DNA from: an uncultured Methanosarcinales archaeon
GTDB taxonomy: Archaea; Nanobdellota; Nanobdellia; Woesearchaeales; CALCXY01
NCBI GenBank assembly: GCA_964385185.1
Contig: CAYLOA010000008.1
Coordinates: forward strand, 1 to 40,891
Reading direction: 5' to 3'
Length of the DNA: 40,891 nt
The notes under the pieces were generated by a model. The model saw only the letters and a list, made by a program, of their open reading frames with translations. It was not told where the DNA came from and did not search any database. Shown in pieces: positions 21,893 through 31,270 of this stretch. A program made the position numbers and the translations under genes. Within the stretch, counting starts at the first letter, position 1. Each line of letters begins with the position of its first letter.

Positions 21893-22677
21893 GACATATC
21901 TGACATAAATGATAAAGGTAAATTTGGAAGCTCAACCTTACTATCTCCTACACCATAAAGAGTATCTGCCCAATTATTTACTGCCTGGACATGATAAATA
22001 CTCAAGCTAGTAGAAATCTTAATTTCTCTGGGATCCATAGGTGTCGTTAGTAATCTATAAAATCTACGGGCCCCTCCTAAAAAAGTTTGCATTTCTATAA
22101 ATTCTTGCCGTGTTGGAAAAGACTCAAGAATAGCTTCATCAACAGTATCTACAGAGCAAGATGCTAATCGATTAAAATAGGATATGGCATAAAAAAAGAA
22201 TGCAGTTTTATGCTTCTTTTGTAAGGCTTCTACCCTTTTAGGAAAAAGAACCTGCAAAGCTGAAATAAACCCTTGATTTTTTTCAAAAACGTTACTATCA
22301 GAAGTATATCCATCCACAAACCCTTCAATGTTTTCAGATATAGATCTATCCTCTAATGCATAAGCTGCATCTAAAAGATAGCCAACAAGAGGTCTACATA
22401 ACCCTAAAATATCTTCTCTGAAATTTTCATCAGGTTGCTCCGTAGATTCAATAACAGATCCAATTATTTGAGCAAGATCTGCCGAAGAAATATCCTCAAT
22501 ATCCCCCTTCACCTTAATTAATTTCATTCGGGGAAATCCATGGCCTTGCAATTTCCTCCAAAGTTCTGGATCATCTTCTTCAATCATTGTAAGAGATGTA
22601 TCAACTAAATCAATCTCACTATCCAATATACTCTCATACAAATTTCCATTCTCATTATCCATAAGAGTAAGAATCAT
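21889..22677 (-). CDS. Hypothetical protein
   Basis: Long ORF with no recognised motif. Confidence 0.65.
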   Translation of the reverse strand: MILTLMDNENGNLYESILDSEIDLVDTSLTMIEEDDPELWRKLQGHGFPRMKLIKVKGDIEDISSADLAQIIGSVIESTEQPDENFREDILGLCRPLVGYLLDAAYALEDRSISENIEGFVDGYTSDSNVFEKNQGFISALQVLFPKRVEALQKKHKTAFFFYAISYFNRLASCSVDTVDEAILESFPTRQEFIEMQTFLGGARRFYRLLTTPMDPREIKISTSLSIYHVQAVNNWADTLYGVGDSKVELPNLPLSFMSDMS

Positions 22678-22761
22678 CTACCCTTTATAAAAATATTTTT
22701 TTTCCGCTCCTGAAACTATAGAACACACTTCCTAAACATTTATAAAACAATTAATTGACCA

Positions 22762-23961
22762 ATGAGTATGCATAAAGCACTTATTATGGCAGGTGGCCGT
22801 GGAGAACGTTTCTGGCCTCAATCAAGAGTAAATATGCCAAAACAATGTCTTAAAATTCTCGGTAATACTTCTATGGTACAAACAACTGTAGATAGATTAT
22901 TACCTATCTTCAAAAAAGAAGATATCTATTTAGTAACAGGTCATCATCTACAAAAATGCATCTCAGAAGAATGTCCTGATATCAAATATGTCATAGAACC
23001 GTGTGCAAAAGATACAGCAGCATGTATCGGTCTAGGAATTCTACAAATAACTCAAGAGGATCCTAATGCTATCGTCTTCATAGAAACTACAGACCACATG
23101 TATAACCAAAATGAAATCTATCATAACCATGTAAACGCAGCAATCGAGTTAGCAAAAGATGATAAAATAGTATTAATCGGAATAAAACCGTCTCACCCCC
23201 ATACAGGGTTTGGCTATATCCAGCAAGGAGAACTCTACAAAGAAGTCAATGACATTTCATCATACAATATTCAAGAATTTAAAGAAAAACCAGATAAAAA
23301 AACTGCAAAAGAGTATATTGACTCGGGAGACTATCTCTGGAACTCAGGAATGTTCATTACGAAAGCTTCTGTTATGCTGGAAACCATGAAAAAGTATATG
23401 CCTGATTTACATGAAGCTCTTATGAAGATCAAAGAATCCAATTTCGATCAAAAAGTATTAGAGAATGAATTTCAAAAATTAGAGAAAATTAGCATCGACT
23501 ATGGTATCATGGAAAAAGCAGAAAATACTATGGTAATTCGAGGAGAAATGCATTGGTATGATATTGGAGACTGGGATGCCATGGCAGTTGTCCATCCCAA
23601 AGATGATCGAGATAATATTATCAAAGCAAATTGGAAAGGAACCGCCTCTAATTGTATTATCTACGGAGATGAAGAAAGACTGATAAAAACTGAAGGAGTT
23701 TCCGATCTTATCATCGTAGATACAAATGATTCTTTATTAATCTGTAAAAAAGGAAAATCACAAATGGTAAAACAGATTGTCAAAGACATTGAAAAAGAAA
23801 ATGCATCACTATTTTTAGATTACTCTACACCAAAAAAATTATGGATAGATATAAAAAGCTCAAACTGTGATATGAAAGGAGATTATGTGATAGGATTAAT
23901 CGATGTCCATGATCTAAGAATTGAAAAAAATGAGAAAGGAGTTACCATAACTGCACTATGA
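22762..23961 (+). CDS. manC: Mannose-1-phosphate guanylyltransferase
   Basis: MAGGRGERFWPxSR...PKQ, FKEKP, WNSGMF and SIDYGIME motifs. Confidence 0.92.
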   Translation: MSMHKALIMAGGRGERFWPQSRVNMPKQCLKILGNTSMVQTTVDRLLPIFKKEDIYLVTGHHLQKCISEECPDIKYVIEPCAKDTAACIGLGILQITQEDPNAIVFIETTDHMYNQNEIYHNHVNAAIELAKDDKIVLIGIKPSHPHTGFGYIQQGELYKEVNDISSYNIQEFKEKPDKKTAKEYIDSGDYLWNSGMFITKASVMLETMKKYMPDLHEALMKIKESNFDQKVLENEFQKLEKISIDYGIMEKAENTMVIRGEMHWYDIGDWDAMAVVHPKDDRDNIIKANWKGTASNCIIYGDEERLIKTEGVSDLIIVDTNDSLLICKKGKSQMVKQIVKDIEKENASLFLDYSTPKKLWIDIKSSNCDMKGDYVIGLIDVHDLRIEKNEKGVTITAL

Positions 23962-25316
23962 CGGGAATTTTCAGAGCGTATGATATTAGAGGAGTTTTTC
24001 CTGATGAACTTACCGAACAAGTGGCGAATAGAACTGGAAAAGCCATAGTAAATTACATAAAAGAACTAACTAAAGAAGAAAAACTTACCTTAGTTATTGG
24101 AATTGATATGCGTGCATCTTCTCCTCTATTAAAACAACAAGTGGTAGAAGGGATGGTAGATCAAGGTGCAGATGTTATAGATATTGGCATGGTCTCCACT
24201 CCAGCGTTTTATTATGCAGTTGCTTCAGGTGGATATGATGGAGGTATTATGGTAACGGCTTCTCACAATCCTAAGGAATATAACGGTCTCAAATTAGTAA
24301 CGGCTGGAGCCAAACCTATTGGTGAAGGAAATGGGATGGAAGAGGTAGAAAAATTAGTCTTAAACAACCTCTTCGAATCAAAAGAGGTAGGGATCATAAA
24401 AAAAGTAGAAAACATTCCAGAAGCTCATGTTGACTATGAAAGACATTTTTCCAGTGTAGCTAAAATTAAACCTTTAAAGATCGTTGTTGATACTGCCAAT
24501 GGAATGGGATATCAATTTCTTAAAATATTATTTCAAAGTATGAATTGTGAAGTAACGTATCTATTTGATGAACCAGATGGGAACTTTCCAAATCATGAAG
24601 CAGATCCTTTAAAGGAAGAAAATAACAAAGCAATTCAAGAAAAAATAAGAGAAATAGGAGCTGATCTAGGGATTGCAGCCGATGGAGATGGAGATAGGGT
24701 ATTCTTTATGGATGAAACAGGTAAAACCATCCCTCAACAAATTATTCGAGGATTATTGGGACAGATTTTTTTAAGAACTAATCCAGGAGCTACTATTTGC
24801 TATGACATTCGTCCAGGAAAAATAACTCCTGAAATGATCACAAATGCAGGTGGAAAAGCCGTGATGACAAGAGTGGGTCATTCATTAATTAAAGCAACTA
24901 TGTTGGAAGAAGATGCAGTATTTGGTGGAGAAAACTCGGGCCATATGTTTGTCAAATTTCCTTTTGGAACCTATGAAGCTCCTGTAGTCATTATCTTAAA
25001 ATTATTAGACGAATGGTCTCATATGAATAAAAAAGTTTCAGAAATCATTAAACCCTATGAAAAATATTTTCATTCAGGAGAAATAAATTCTGAGGTAGAA
25101 GATAAGCAAGGCAAAATGAAAGCTATAGCTGATATCTACAAAGATACTGCTAAAGACATCAATTGGTTAGATGGAGTGAGTATCGATTGCGAAGACTATT
25201 GGTTTAACATTAGACCTTCAAATACTGAACCTAAATTGAGGTTTACATTAGAAGCGGTCTCTCTAGAAATAATGGAAAAGAAAAGAGATGAAATTCTAAA
25301 GATTATTAGGAGTTAA
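23958..25316 (+). CDS. manB: Phosphomannomutase/phosphoglucomutase
   Basis: FRAYDIRG, TASHNP, DGDGDR, GENSGH and RPSNTEP motifs. Confidence 0.95.
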   Translation: MTGIFRAYDIRGVFPDELTEQVANRTGKAIVNYIKELTKEEKLTLVIGIDMRASSPLLKQQVVEGMVDQGADVIDIGMVSTPAFYYAVASGGYDGGIMVTASHNPKEYNGLKLVTAGAKPIGEGNGMEEVEKLVLNNLFESKEVGIIKKVENIPEAHVDYERHFSSVAKIKPLKIVVDTANGMGYQFLKILFQSMNCEVTYLFDEPDGNFPNHEADPLKEENNKAIQEKIREIGADLGIAADGDGDRVFFMDETGKTIPQQIIRGLLGQIFLRTNPGATICYDIRPGKITPEMITNAGGKAVMTRVGHSLIKATMLEEDAVFGGENSGHMFVKFPFGTYEAPVVIILKLLDEWSHMNKKVSEIIKPYEKYFHSGEINSEVEDKQGKMKAIADIYKDTAKDINWLDGVSIDCEDYWFNIRPSNTEPKLRFTLEAVSLEIMEKKRDEILKIIRS

Positions 25317-25344
25317 TATAAATCAACTATTATTCTTATCCTTA

Positions 25345-25848
25345 ATGAAACTTGAAGATATTATTTACAGCAAAGAGGCACTAGGTCAATATGGAGTTCC
25401 TTTTACAATGTATAAGTTGAGAACTATGTATTCTAATTCAGAACCAGATTATAACAAGTTAGTTCAAGAAAATGTTGATGAATACGGTAAACCAGTAGAT
25501 GATCCAAGAATAATACCTGAAAGAAGATGGATGAGAAATCATGGAATAGATGAACTTCCTCAATTGTATAATATTCTAAAAAGTGAAATGAGTATCGTAG
25601 GTATCAGACCACGAACAGATGATGAATGGACTTGGGAACCTGATGATATAAAAGAAAAATCATTAAGATATAAACCTGGATTAATTTCGCCAATATATGC
25701 CAAATTAGATGTACAAAATAAAGATCATTTCCATGAAATACACAGACAATATTTAGAGCAAAAAAAACAGCACCCGATCATAACGGATATCAAAGTAGCA
25801 CTAAAAGTTATCTACAATTATCTCTTCAAAGGTGTAAGAAGTAGATAG
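25345..25848 (+). CDS. Monotopic phosphoglycosyl transferase (bacterial sugar transferase, PglC/WcaJ core)
   Basis: KLRTM, DPR, DELPQLYNIL, MSIVG-RP and KPGL motifs. Confidence 0.88.
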   Translation: MKLEDIIYSKEALGQYGVPFTMYKLRTMYSNSEPDYNKLVQENVDEYGKPVDDPRIIPERRWMRNHGIDELPQLYNILKSEMSIVGIRPRTDDEWTWEPDDIKEKSLRYKPGLISPIYAKLDVQNKDHFHEIHRQYLEQKKQHPIITDIKVALKVIYNYLFKGVRSR

Positions 25849-25888
25849 CCATTAACTTTATAAATACCCCTTAGCTCCTTAAGAATAG

Positions 25889-27085
25889 ATGGCAAAACAA
25901 TCGATACAACCAGATATCTCTATTGGCTTAGTAGGTCACGTAGATCATGGTAAAACAACATTAACCCAACACTTATCAGGAAAGTGGACAGATACCCACT
26001 CAGAAGAGCTCAAAAGAGGTATTACCATCAGATTAGGGTATGCAAACTTCTCAATTTTTGAAAAAGATAAGAAATTAAACACTAAAGAAGGAACACTCAA
26101 AAGAACAGTCTCAATTATCGACGCTCCAGGTCACGAATCATTAATGGCTACCATGCTTTCAGGAGCTGCTATTATGGATGGAGCTTTATTATTAGTAGCA
26201 GCAAATGAAGTCTGCCCACAACCACAAACAGTTGAACATCTAAAAGCCCTAGAAATTGTAGGGATGAAAAATTTAATTGTAGTTCAGAATAAAATTGATT
26301 TAGTTGAAGAAAAACAAGCTCTAGCCAATTATAAAGAAATTAAAGCAGTCCTAAAATCAACTTCCTTCAAAGATGCTCCTATTATTCCCATTTCAGCGCA
26401 ACATGATGTGAATATGGATATGTTACTGCAAGCAATTGAAGATACCATCCCAACACCAAAAAGAGATACAAAAAAAGATCCTATGATGTTTGTTGCACGA
26501 TCCTTTGATATTAACAAACCTGGATCAAAGCTTTCAAAAATGGTAGGTGGGGTGTTAGGCGGAGCATTGAAAGAAGGAGTCTTCAAAGTAGGAGATGAAA
26601 TTGAGATAAAACCAGGGTATGCAATAGAATCTAAAAATCAACAAATTTGGAAAAGTATTACTACTAAAATAACAGGATTAATGTCTGGTTCAGATCAAAT
26701 TAAAGAAGTAAGTCCAGGAGGTTCAATCGCTGTTATGACAAGCCTTGATCCTTCTATCATTAAATCAGATACCTTAGCAGGTAATGTTGTAGGTCATAAG
26801 GATAAACTTCCTCCTGTGTGGGAAGAAGTCATCATGGACGTTACACTCTTAGATAGAGTTGTGGGAGCAAAAGATAAATTAGTTGTTGATCCTTTGAAGA
26901 CTAACGAACCAGTCATGCTGAATGTGAATGCAGCTACTACGGTGGGAATAATTACAAAGTTGAAGAAGAATGCTATTACTTTTGATCTTAAATTACCCAT
27001 TTGTGCTCAAGAAGGAGCTCGAGTTACACTTTCTAGAAGAATTGGTCAACGATGGCGATTAATTGGTTTTGGTATTATAAAGTAA
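25889..27085 (+). CDS. eif2g: Translation initiation factor aIF2 gamma subunit
   Basis: GHVDHGKT, EELKRGITIRLGYA, DAPGHE, QNKID and RWRLIG motifs. Confidence 0.97.
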   Translation: MAKQSIQPDISIGLVGHVDHGKTTLTQHLSGKWTDTHSEELKRGITIRLGYANFSIFEKDKKLNTKEGTLKRTVSIIDAPGHESLMATMLSGAAIMDGALLLVAANEVCPQPQTVEHLKALEIVGMKNLIVVQNKIDLVEEKQALANYKEIKAVLKSTSFKDAPIIPISAQHDVNMDMLLQAIEDTIPTPKRDTKKDPMMFVARSFDINKPGSKLSKMVGGVLGGALKEGVFKVGDEIEIKPGYAIESKNQQIWKSITTKITGLMSGSDQIKEVSPGGSIAVMTSLDPSIIKSDTLAGNVVGHKDKLPPVWEEVIMDVTLLDRVVGAKDKLVVDPLKTNEPVMLNVNAATTVGIITKLKKNAITFDLKLPICAQEGARVTLSRRIGQRWRLIGFGIIK

Positions 27086-27976
27086 TTATCTTTCTAACCA
27101 GTTTCTAACTTTAACTAAAGAGTCTATTGTTTGTTTTGGATTTGTTTTATCTTTATTGCTAACTTCTATACATATACTAATATCTGAATGTTCCTCCCGA
27201 ATATAATCAAAAAATTTTTCAAATTGCTCATCACCAATTCTTCCTTCTCCAGGAACTAATCCCTCAGTCCAAAGTGATTCATAAGGATCCCAAAATCCTC
27301 CTACATCACTTATATGTAAGAAATTAAGATGTTCTCCAAGAGCCCGTACTCCAGCTACTAAGTCAATTTCTTCAATACCACAAGCATAATGGCAAGTATC
27401 AAATGTTACCTTTAAATTTGTATTTCTAACAACATCTAAACAATCTTCCACTGATTCCACATAATCTCGCCAAACTGTATGAGGATCAGTATCAAAATCG
27501 CCAGCTGAAGGTGTAGGAAGATTTTCAATACCTATAGGAATATGAGTACTATTTTGACCACCTATTAAAGTCCGCCTAACAAGTTCTTTAGCTTCATCTA
27601 AATTTGTATAAAATAAACAAGGACTATTTCCATTATATCCTGCTGCAGCATGCAAGTGAATATATGCAGCGTTTAAAGTTTCTCCCAATTTGATATAAGT
27701 ATCTAATAAATTTTTACCTGCTTCTTTTGTTAAATCTGCTAATCCTTCAGTATACACAGCCAATCCTGAAAAACCATGAATAGCAATTTTAAAGGAGTCA
27801 ACATAAGGTTTCATGTTCTCCCGTACTGTTTCTAAACCTTCTTGAGTTGTAAAATCTTCAGCACTACCAATAACTTTCAATCCTCGTGAACCCTTGGGAA
27901 CATATTTCTCAAGAATTTTAGCCATAACTGCAATATCTGTAGGTCTTGATGCCCAAACCGGTAAATAGAACGTCAT
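27086..27976 (-). CDS. Xylose isomerase-like TIM barrel protein
   Basis: GIEN, FDTCH, LHISD, PGEG and CIEV motifs. Confidence 0.8.
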   Translation of the reverse strand: MTFYLPVWASRPTDIAVMAKILEKYVPKGSRGLKVIGSAEDFTTQEGLETVRENMKPYVDSFKIAIHGFSGLAVYTEGLADLTKEAGKNLLDTYIKLGETLNAAYIHLHAAAGYNGNSPCLFYTNLDEAKELVRRTLIGGQNSTHIPIGIENLPTPSAGDFDTDPHTVWRDYVESVEDCLDVVRNTNLKVTFDTCHYACGIEEIDLVAGVRALGEHLNFLHISDVGGFWDPYESLWTEGLVPGEGRIGDEQFEKFFDYIREEHSDISICIEVSNKDKTNPKQTIDSLVKVRNWLER

Positions 27977-28554
27977 CTAGATTCTCGCTTCATCCTTGCA
28001 AGTAATCTTTCTAAACTATCAATCTTTTGTAATAATTCTAACTTTTCATTATCCATAGATTGGATTTTCTTAATGTATTGAGTTAATTCAAAGTCGGCTT
28101 CTTTAATACCGGAAGAAATGGTAGTAAACTTCTTCAATTCATCTTGAGTTTGTGCTAATTCTATTTTTACACTTGCTAAACTCTCCTTAAGTTCTCCCAT
28201 ATCGCCCATCTCTTTCTTCAAATCGTCAACATAGGATTTAATTTCATCTTTTAACACTTCGTCAAACTTCTCAGTTAATTTCTTCTGCATATCTCCTGAG
28301 AGTAATTTAAAATCATACAATGCTTTTTCGAAATCTTCTCTAACTGAGACTACTTTTTTAGCATTTTCTTCAAATCCAGTAAGAAATTCTTCTTCTTTTC
28401 CTTGTAAGTCTTTCTGCAGATTCATTGCAGTCCGTAACTTACCCACTTCAACGTTTAGATTTCTCACTTCGTTGATCGTTTCCAAAACTCTACCAGATAG
28501 TTGGTCCAGTTCTTCTTTTACTTTTTTATTCTCAAACATAGAATGAAGAAACAT
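27973..28554 (-). CDS. Coiled-coil hypothetical protein
   Basis: Heptad-rich; C-terminal EKLELLQKIDSLERL. Confidence 0.75.
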   Translation of the reverse strand: MFLHSMFENKKVKEELDQLSGRVLETINEVRNLNVEVGKLRTAMNLQKDLQGKEEEFLTGFEENAKKVVSVREDFEKALYDFKLLSGDMQKKLTEKFDEVLKDEIKSYVDDLKKEMGDMGELKESLASVKIELAQTQDELKKFTTISSGIKEADFELTQYIKKIQSMDNEKLELLQKIDSLERLLARMKRESR

Positions 28555-28603
28555 TAAACCCTTTAAAAATGTTTTTACTGTAGAATATACTGTTTAGAGA
28601 ATT

Positions 28604-29191
28604 CTATTGTCTATGTTCTACATCAGCAAAGATTTTATGCTTCTCTTTCCCACTAATTTCATCTAAGATTCGCTTAATTATAGCTCTTTTAGGATCGGGC
28701 ATCAATTTCACACGATTTTTTATGTCTTCAAAACTCTTAAAATCTCCTTCTTTCCGTTCTTCTATGATTTCCCACATGTGTTTTTTGCCTAATCCAGGCA
28801 ATAATTCTAGGGAATGCATTCTTGTAGTTAACGGCTGAGCATTATTAAAAAAGTCAACATACTTTGCTTCATCTTTAACAATAATATCTGCAATAACGTG
28901 CTCCATTTCTGCTTTAGCAGTTGTGGTTAGTTTTTCAATTTCTAACTTTCCAGAAATGTGATGAATTTTATCTCTTTTACCCTCTCCGATGTAAATTTCT
29001 TCTAAGGGTTGTAAAAAGACATCTTTTTTTGGAACTAACTCTAGTAAGACAAAATGTTCTTTTCCAATAGCTTGGGCTATAGCTGTCTTAATGTGTGAAG
29101 GTCTTTGATCAAACGCATAACCGTTTGGCAAAAAGTCCAGCACAATTGCAGTTTCCTCTTTAGTTGATTGTCTTTCCATGTTAATCCCCAA
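28604..29191 (-). CDS. DUF655 putative RNA-binding protein
   Basis: VLDFLPxG, AQAIG, FFNxA, RMHSLELLPGLGKK; canonical position after rpo4. Confidence 0.92.
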   Translation of the reverse strand: MGINMERQSTKEETAIVLDFLPNGYAFDQRPSHIKTAIAQAIGKEHFVLLELVPKKDVFLQPLEEIYIGEGKRDKIHHISGKLEIEKLTTTAKAEMEHVIADIIVKDEAKYVDFFNNAQPLTTRMHSLELLPGLGKKHMWEIIEERKEGDFKSFEDIKNRVKLMPDPKRAIIKRILDEISGKEKHKIFADVEHRQ

Positions 29192-29245
29192 TAAAATAAG
29201 TACCTCGTCTAGATATATAAATCTTACGTAAGAAAAGAGGTTTGA

Positions 29246-29578
29246 TTATCGTTTAACAACAACATCGACAATCTTTTTCAGATTTTCATTGGTGATGGTA
29301 ATCGTATATCCTTGCAGAATAGACTTAAGATCTTCAGGAGTTTCTGGGAGTAAGTCAACAATCTTGCAAATATGCTCTTCTTTTAATCGAGAGATATTCA
29401 ATTTGATTAACTTTTCCTTCAATCCGTCCAATTTTTTATCAGTAACAAATTCATCTAAGTATTCAACAGTTCTCTGAGATCGAAAATTAAGTTCATCATC
29501 GCCTTTGCTAATCTTAGCAAGTTCGCCTTTTAATTCAGACATGGTAATTGGATGTTCTTCTATAATTTCCGGTTTCAT
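29246..29578 (-). CDS. rpo4: RNA polymerase subunit Rpo4/F
   Basis: ELNFR...EYL and KIVDLLP motifs; rpl21e-rpo4-DUF655 synteny. Confidence 0.88.
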   Translation of the reverse strand: MKPEIIEEHPITMSELKGELAKISKGDDELNFRSQRTVEYLDEFVTDKKLDGLKEKLIKLNISRLKEEHICKIVDLLPETPEDLKSILQGYTITITNENLKKIVDVVVKR

Positions 29579-29913
29579 TGTTTCGCCTCAGCTGGTTTTG
29601 GAGCTTCCTTAGCCACATGTTCAGCTTGTTTTGTTAAATGAATGGGATGAATAACTAATTTCTTTACCTTCTTTTGATCATTGAATTCAACTTCGTAACT
29701 TCTTCCTTGTTTACCTGTAACAATAGCAGTCATACCGTGAAATCGTGCGTGGTATAATCCTTTCTGAACTGCAGTTTCTGCGTGTAGATATACTCGATCT
29801 CCTTCTTTAAAAGTTTGTAAATACTTGGTAATAGAAACTTTACCTCGACTTCTAAAGTGTTTTCTAAACTTATGTCTTGAATTACTCCTTGAAGTTCCAA
29901 CTCTAGTTGCCAT
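29575..29913 (-). CDS. rpl21e: 50S ribosomal protein L21e
   Basis: FKEGDRV, HARFHG-T and K-L-IHPIHL motifs. True start 29913 (TATA 30 nt upstream). Confidence 0.95.
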   Translation of the reverse strand: MATRVGTSRSNSRHKFRKHFRSRGKVSITKYLQTFKEGDRVYLHAETAVQKGLYHARFHGMTAIVTGKQGRSYEVEFNDQKKVKKLVIHPIHLTKQAEHVAKEAPKPAEAKQ

Positions 29914-29963
29914 AGTAATGAGAGAATTGAGGGTGTTTTTAAAGGTTTTCATTTGGAACGAAT

Positions 29964-30135
29964 GGGAAAAGGGCAATGGTTCGCACAGCGAACCGACTCT
30001 CGCAGTCTTACGACTGCGAGCCCTTAGAGTAAAACACAACCACAACTACTGTTCGCTCTCAATGGTGCGAAGCATTTTGAGATCTTGTGGAACTTGTTCC
30101 GCTAGATGTGTGAGCCGGTAGTAGTGGTGTCTTCG
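29964..30135. ncRNA. Candidate large structured RNA (two three-way-junction domains), strand uncertain
   Basis: Nested inverted repeats in a GC-richer island. G-U pairs favour +; a GTAA loop and a T-run favour -. Confidence 0.6.
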
Positions 30136-30136
30136 A

Positions 30137-30184
30137 CTATTTCATCACAGTGTGCACAATAAACCAATAAAATAAACAATACAT
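30137..30184 (-). CDS. Putative leaderless micro-ORF MYCLFYWFIVHTVMK (aromatic-rich)
   Basis: TTTATATA starting 30213 with the ATG 29 nt downstream; abuts the structured element. Confidence 0.4.
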   Translation of the reverse strand: MYCLFYWFIVHTVMK

Positions 30185-30274
30185 AATCCTTGTTTCAACC
30201 TATAGTATATAAAAGCAAAACGTTTATATATATCTTAGACCGACTATACTATTGAATTTAAGGAGGACTACAAA

Positions 30275-30694
30275 ATGGGTTTTTTTTCACAAATAAAAGA
30301 TAAACTTTCTGACGGAACTGACGAAGAAGGCGGAGAAGAAGGTTACGTAGAGTTAGATACTGAAACAGAAGAAATAAAATCAAAGATTGTAGTAAGACCT
30401 TTTGTCCTAACAGACTTTGAAGATACAAGAACTATTCTAGATGCTTTAAGAGAAGGATCAACAATTCTAATTATTAACATTAAACCATTAAAGGATAAGG
30501 ATATTGTTGAACTAAAAAGAGCAATCAACAAAATTAAAAAGACAACTGATGCCATCGAAGGCGAAGTTGCAGGTTTCTCTGAAGATTTCTTGATTGTTAC
30601 ACCTTCTTTTGCTGAGATTTATCGAAGCAAAGGAACAAGTGAGATTAAAGATGCTCCGCCAGAACAACCAGAATCTCAACGTCCTGAGATGTAA
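30275..30694 (+). CDS. sepF: Cell division protein SepF
   Basis: D-LREG-ILIINIKPL, ELKRAI and LIVTP motifs; GGAGG SD. Confidence 0.9.
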   Translation: MGFFSQIKDKLSDGTDEEGGEEGYVELDTETEEIKSKIVVRPFVLTDFEDTRTILDALREGSTILIINIKPLKDKDIVELKRAINKIKKTTDAIEGEVAGFSEDFLIVTPSFAEIYRSKGTSEIKDAPPEQPESQRPEM

Positions 30695-30749
30695 TTTCTT
30701 TTTTTGCAACACCAAAAACCTTTTAAACACATCCAATACTTCTTATTTC

Positions 30750-31265
30750 ATGGGGGAAGAAATAGAAAAGGCACCATGTCCTATTTGTAAAAAGAAGTCC
30801 TTAGAGTTACGAGAAGAAGAGACTGAAGTCCCTTATTTCGGTAAAATGTTTCTATTTAGTATGGCTTGTGAAGAATGTAAATACTATAAAGCTGATATGG
30901 AAGCTTTAGAAAAGCAAGAACCTTGTAAATGGACATTTGAAGTTGATGGTGAAGAAGATCTTAAGGTAAGAGTTATCAAAAGTGCAGAAGCAACGGTAAA
31001 AATACCTCATGTAGCTTCTATTACTCCTGGTCCTGCTTCAAATGGATACATAACAAACGTTGAAGGTATTATTAACAGAATCAAACATCAAATAGAGTCA
31101 GCAAGAGATTCTGAAGAAGATAATGCTGTGAAGAAGAAAGCTAAAAATATGTTAAAAAAACTCCAGAAAGTAGTTTGGGGTAAAGAAAAGTTAAAACTCA
31201 TCCTAGAAGATCCAAGTGGTAATTCTGCAATAGTCTCTGATAAAGCAGAGAAAAAGAAATTATAA
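30750..31265 (+). CDS. ZPR1 zinc-finger protein
   Basis: CPIC...VPYFG...CEEC, PGPASxGYITNVEG and EDPSGNS motifs. Start 30750 by TATA spacing. Confidence 0.93.
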   Translation: MGEEIEKAPCPICKKKSLELREEETEVPYFGKMFLFSMACEECKYYKADMEALEKQEPCKWTFEVDGEEDLKVRVIKSAEATVKIPHVASITPGPASNGYITNVEGIINRIKHQIESARDSEEDNAVKKKAKNMLKKLQKVVWGKEKLKLILEDPSGNSAIVSDKAEKKKL

Positions 31266-31270
31266 CTCTC

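Noticed and set aside
29914..30121. N-terminal extension of L21e to 30045 and ORF 29825..30121 (+)
   Set aside because: Open frames through GC-richer structured DNA; the TATA places the L21e start at 29913.
29964..30135. tRNA, SRP RNA, RNase P RNA or hammerhead identity
   Set aside because: No cloverleaf, no SRP helix-8 motif, no RNase P conserved regions and no exact CUGANGA/GAAA core found by eye.
30594..30749. Extended ZPR1 start at 30594
   Set aside because: Overlaps sepF; TATA spacing supports 30750.
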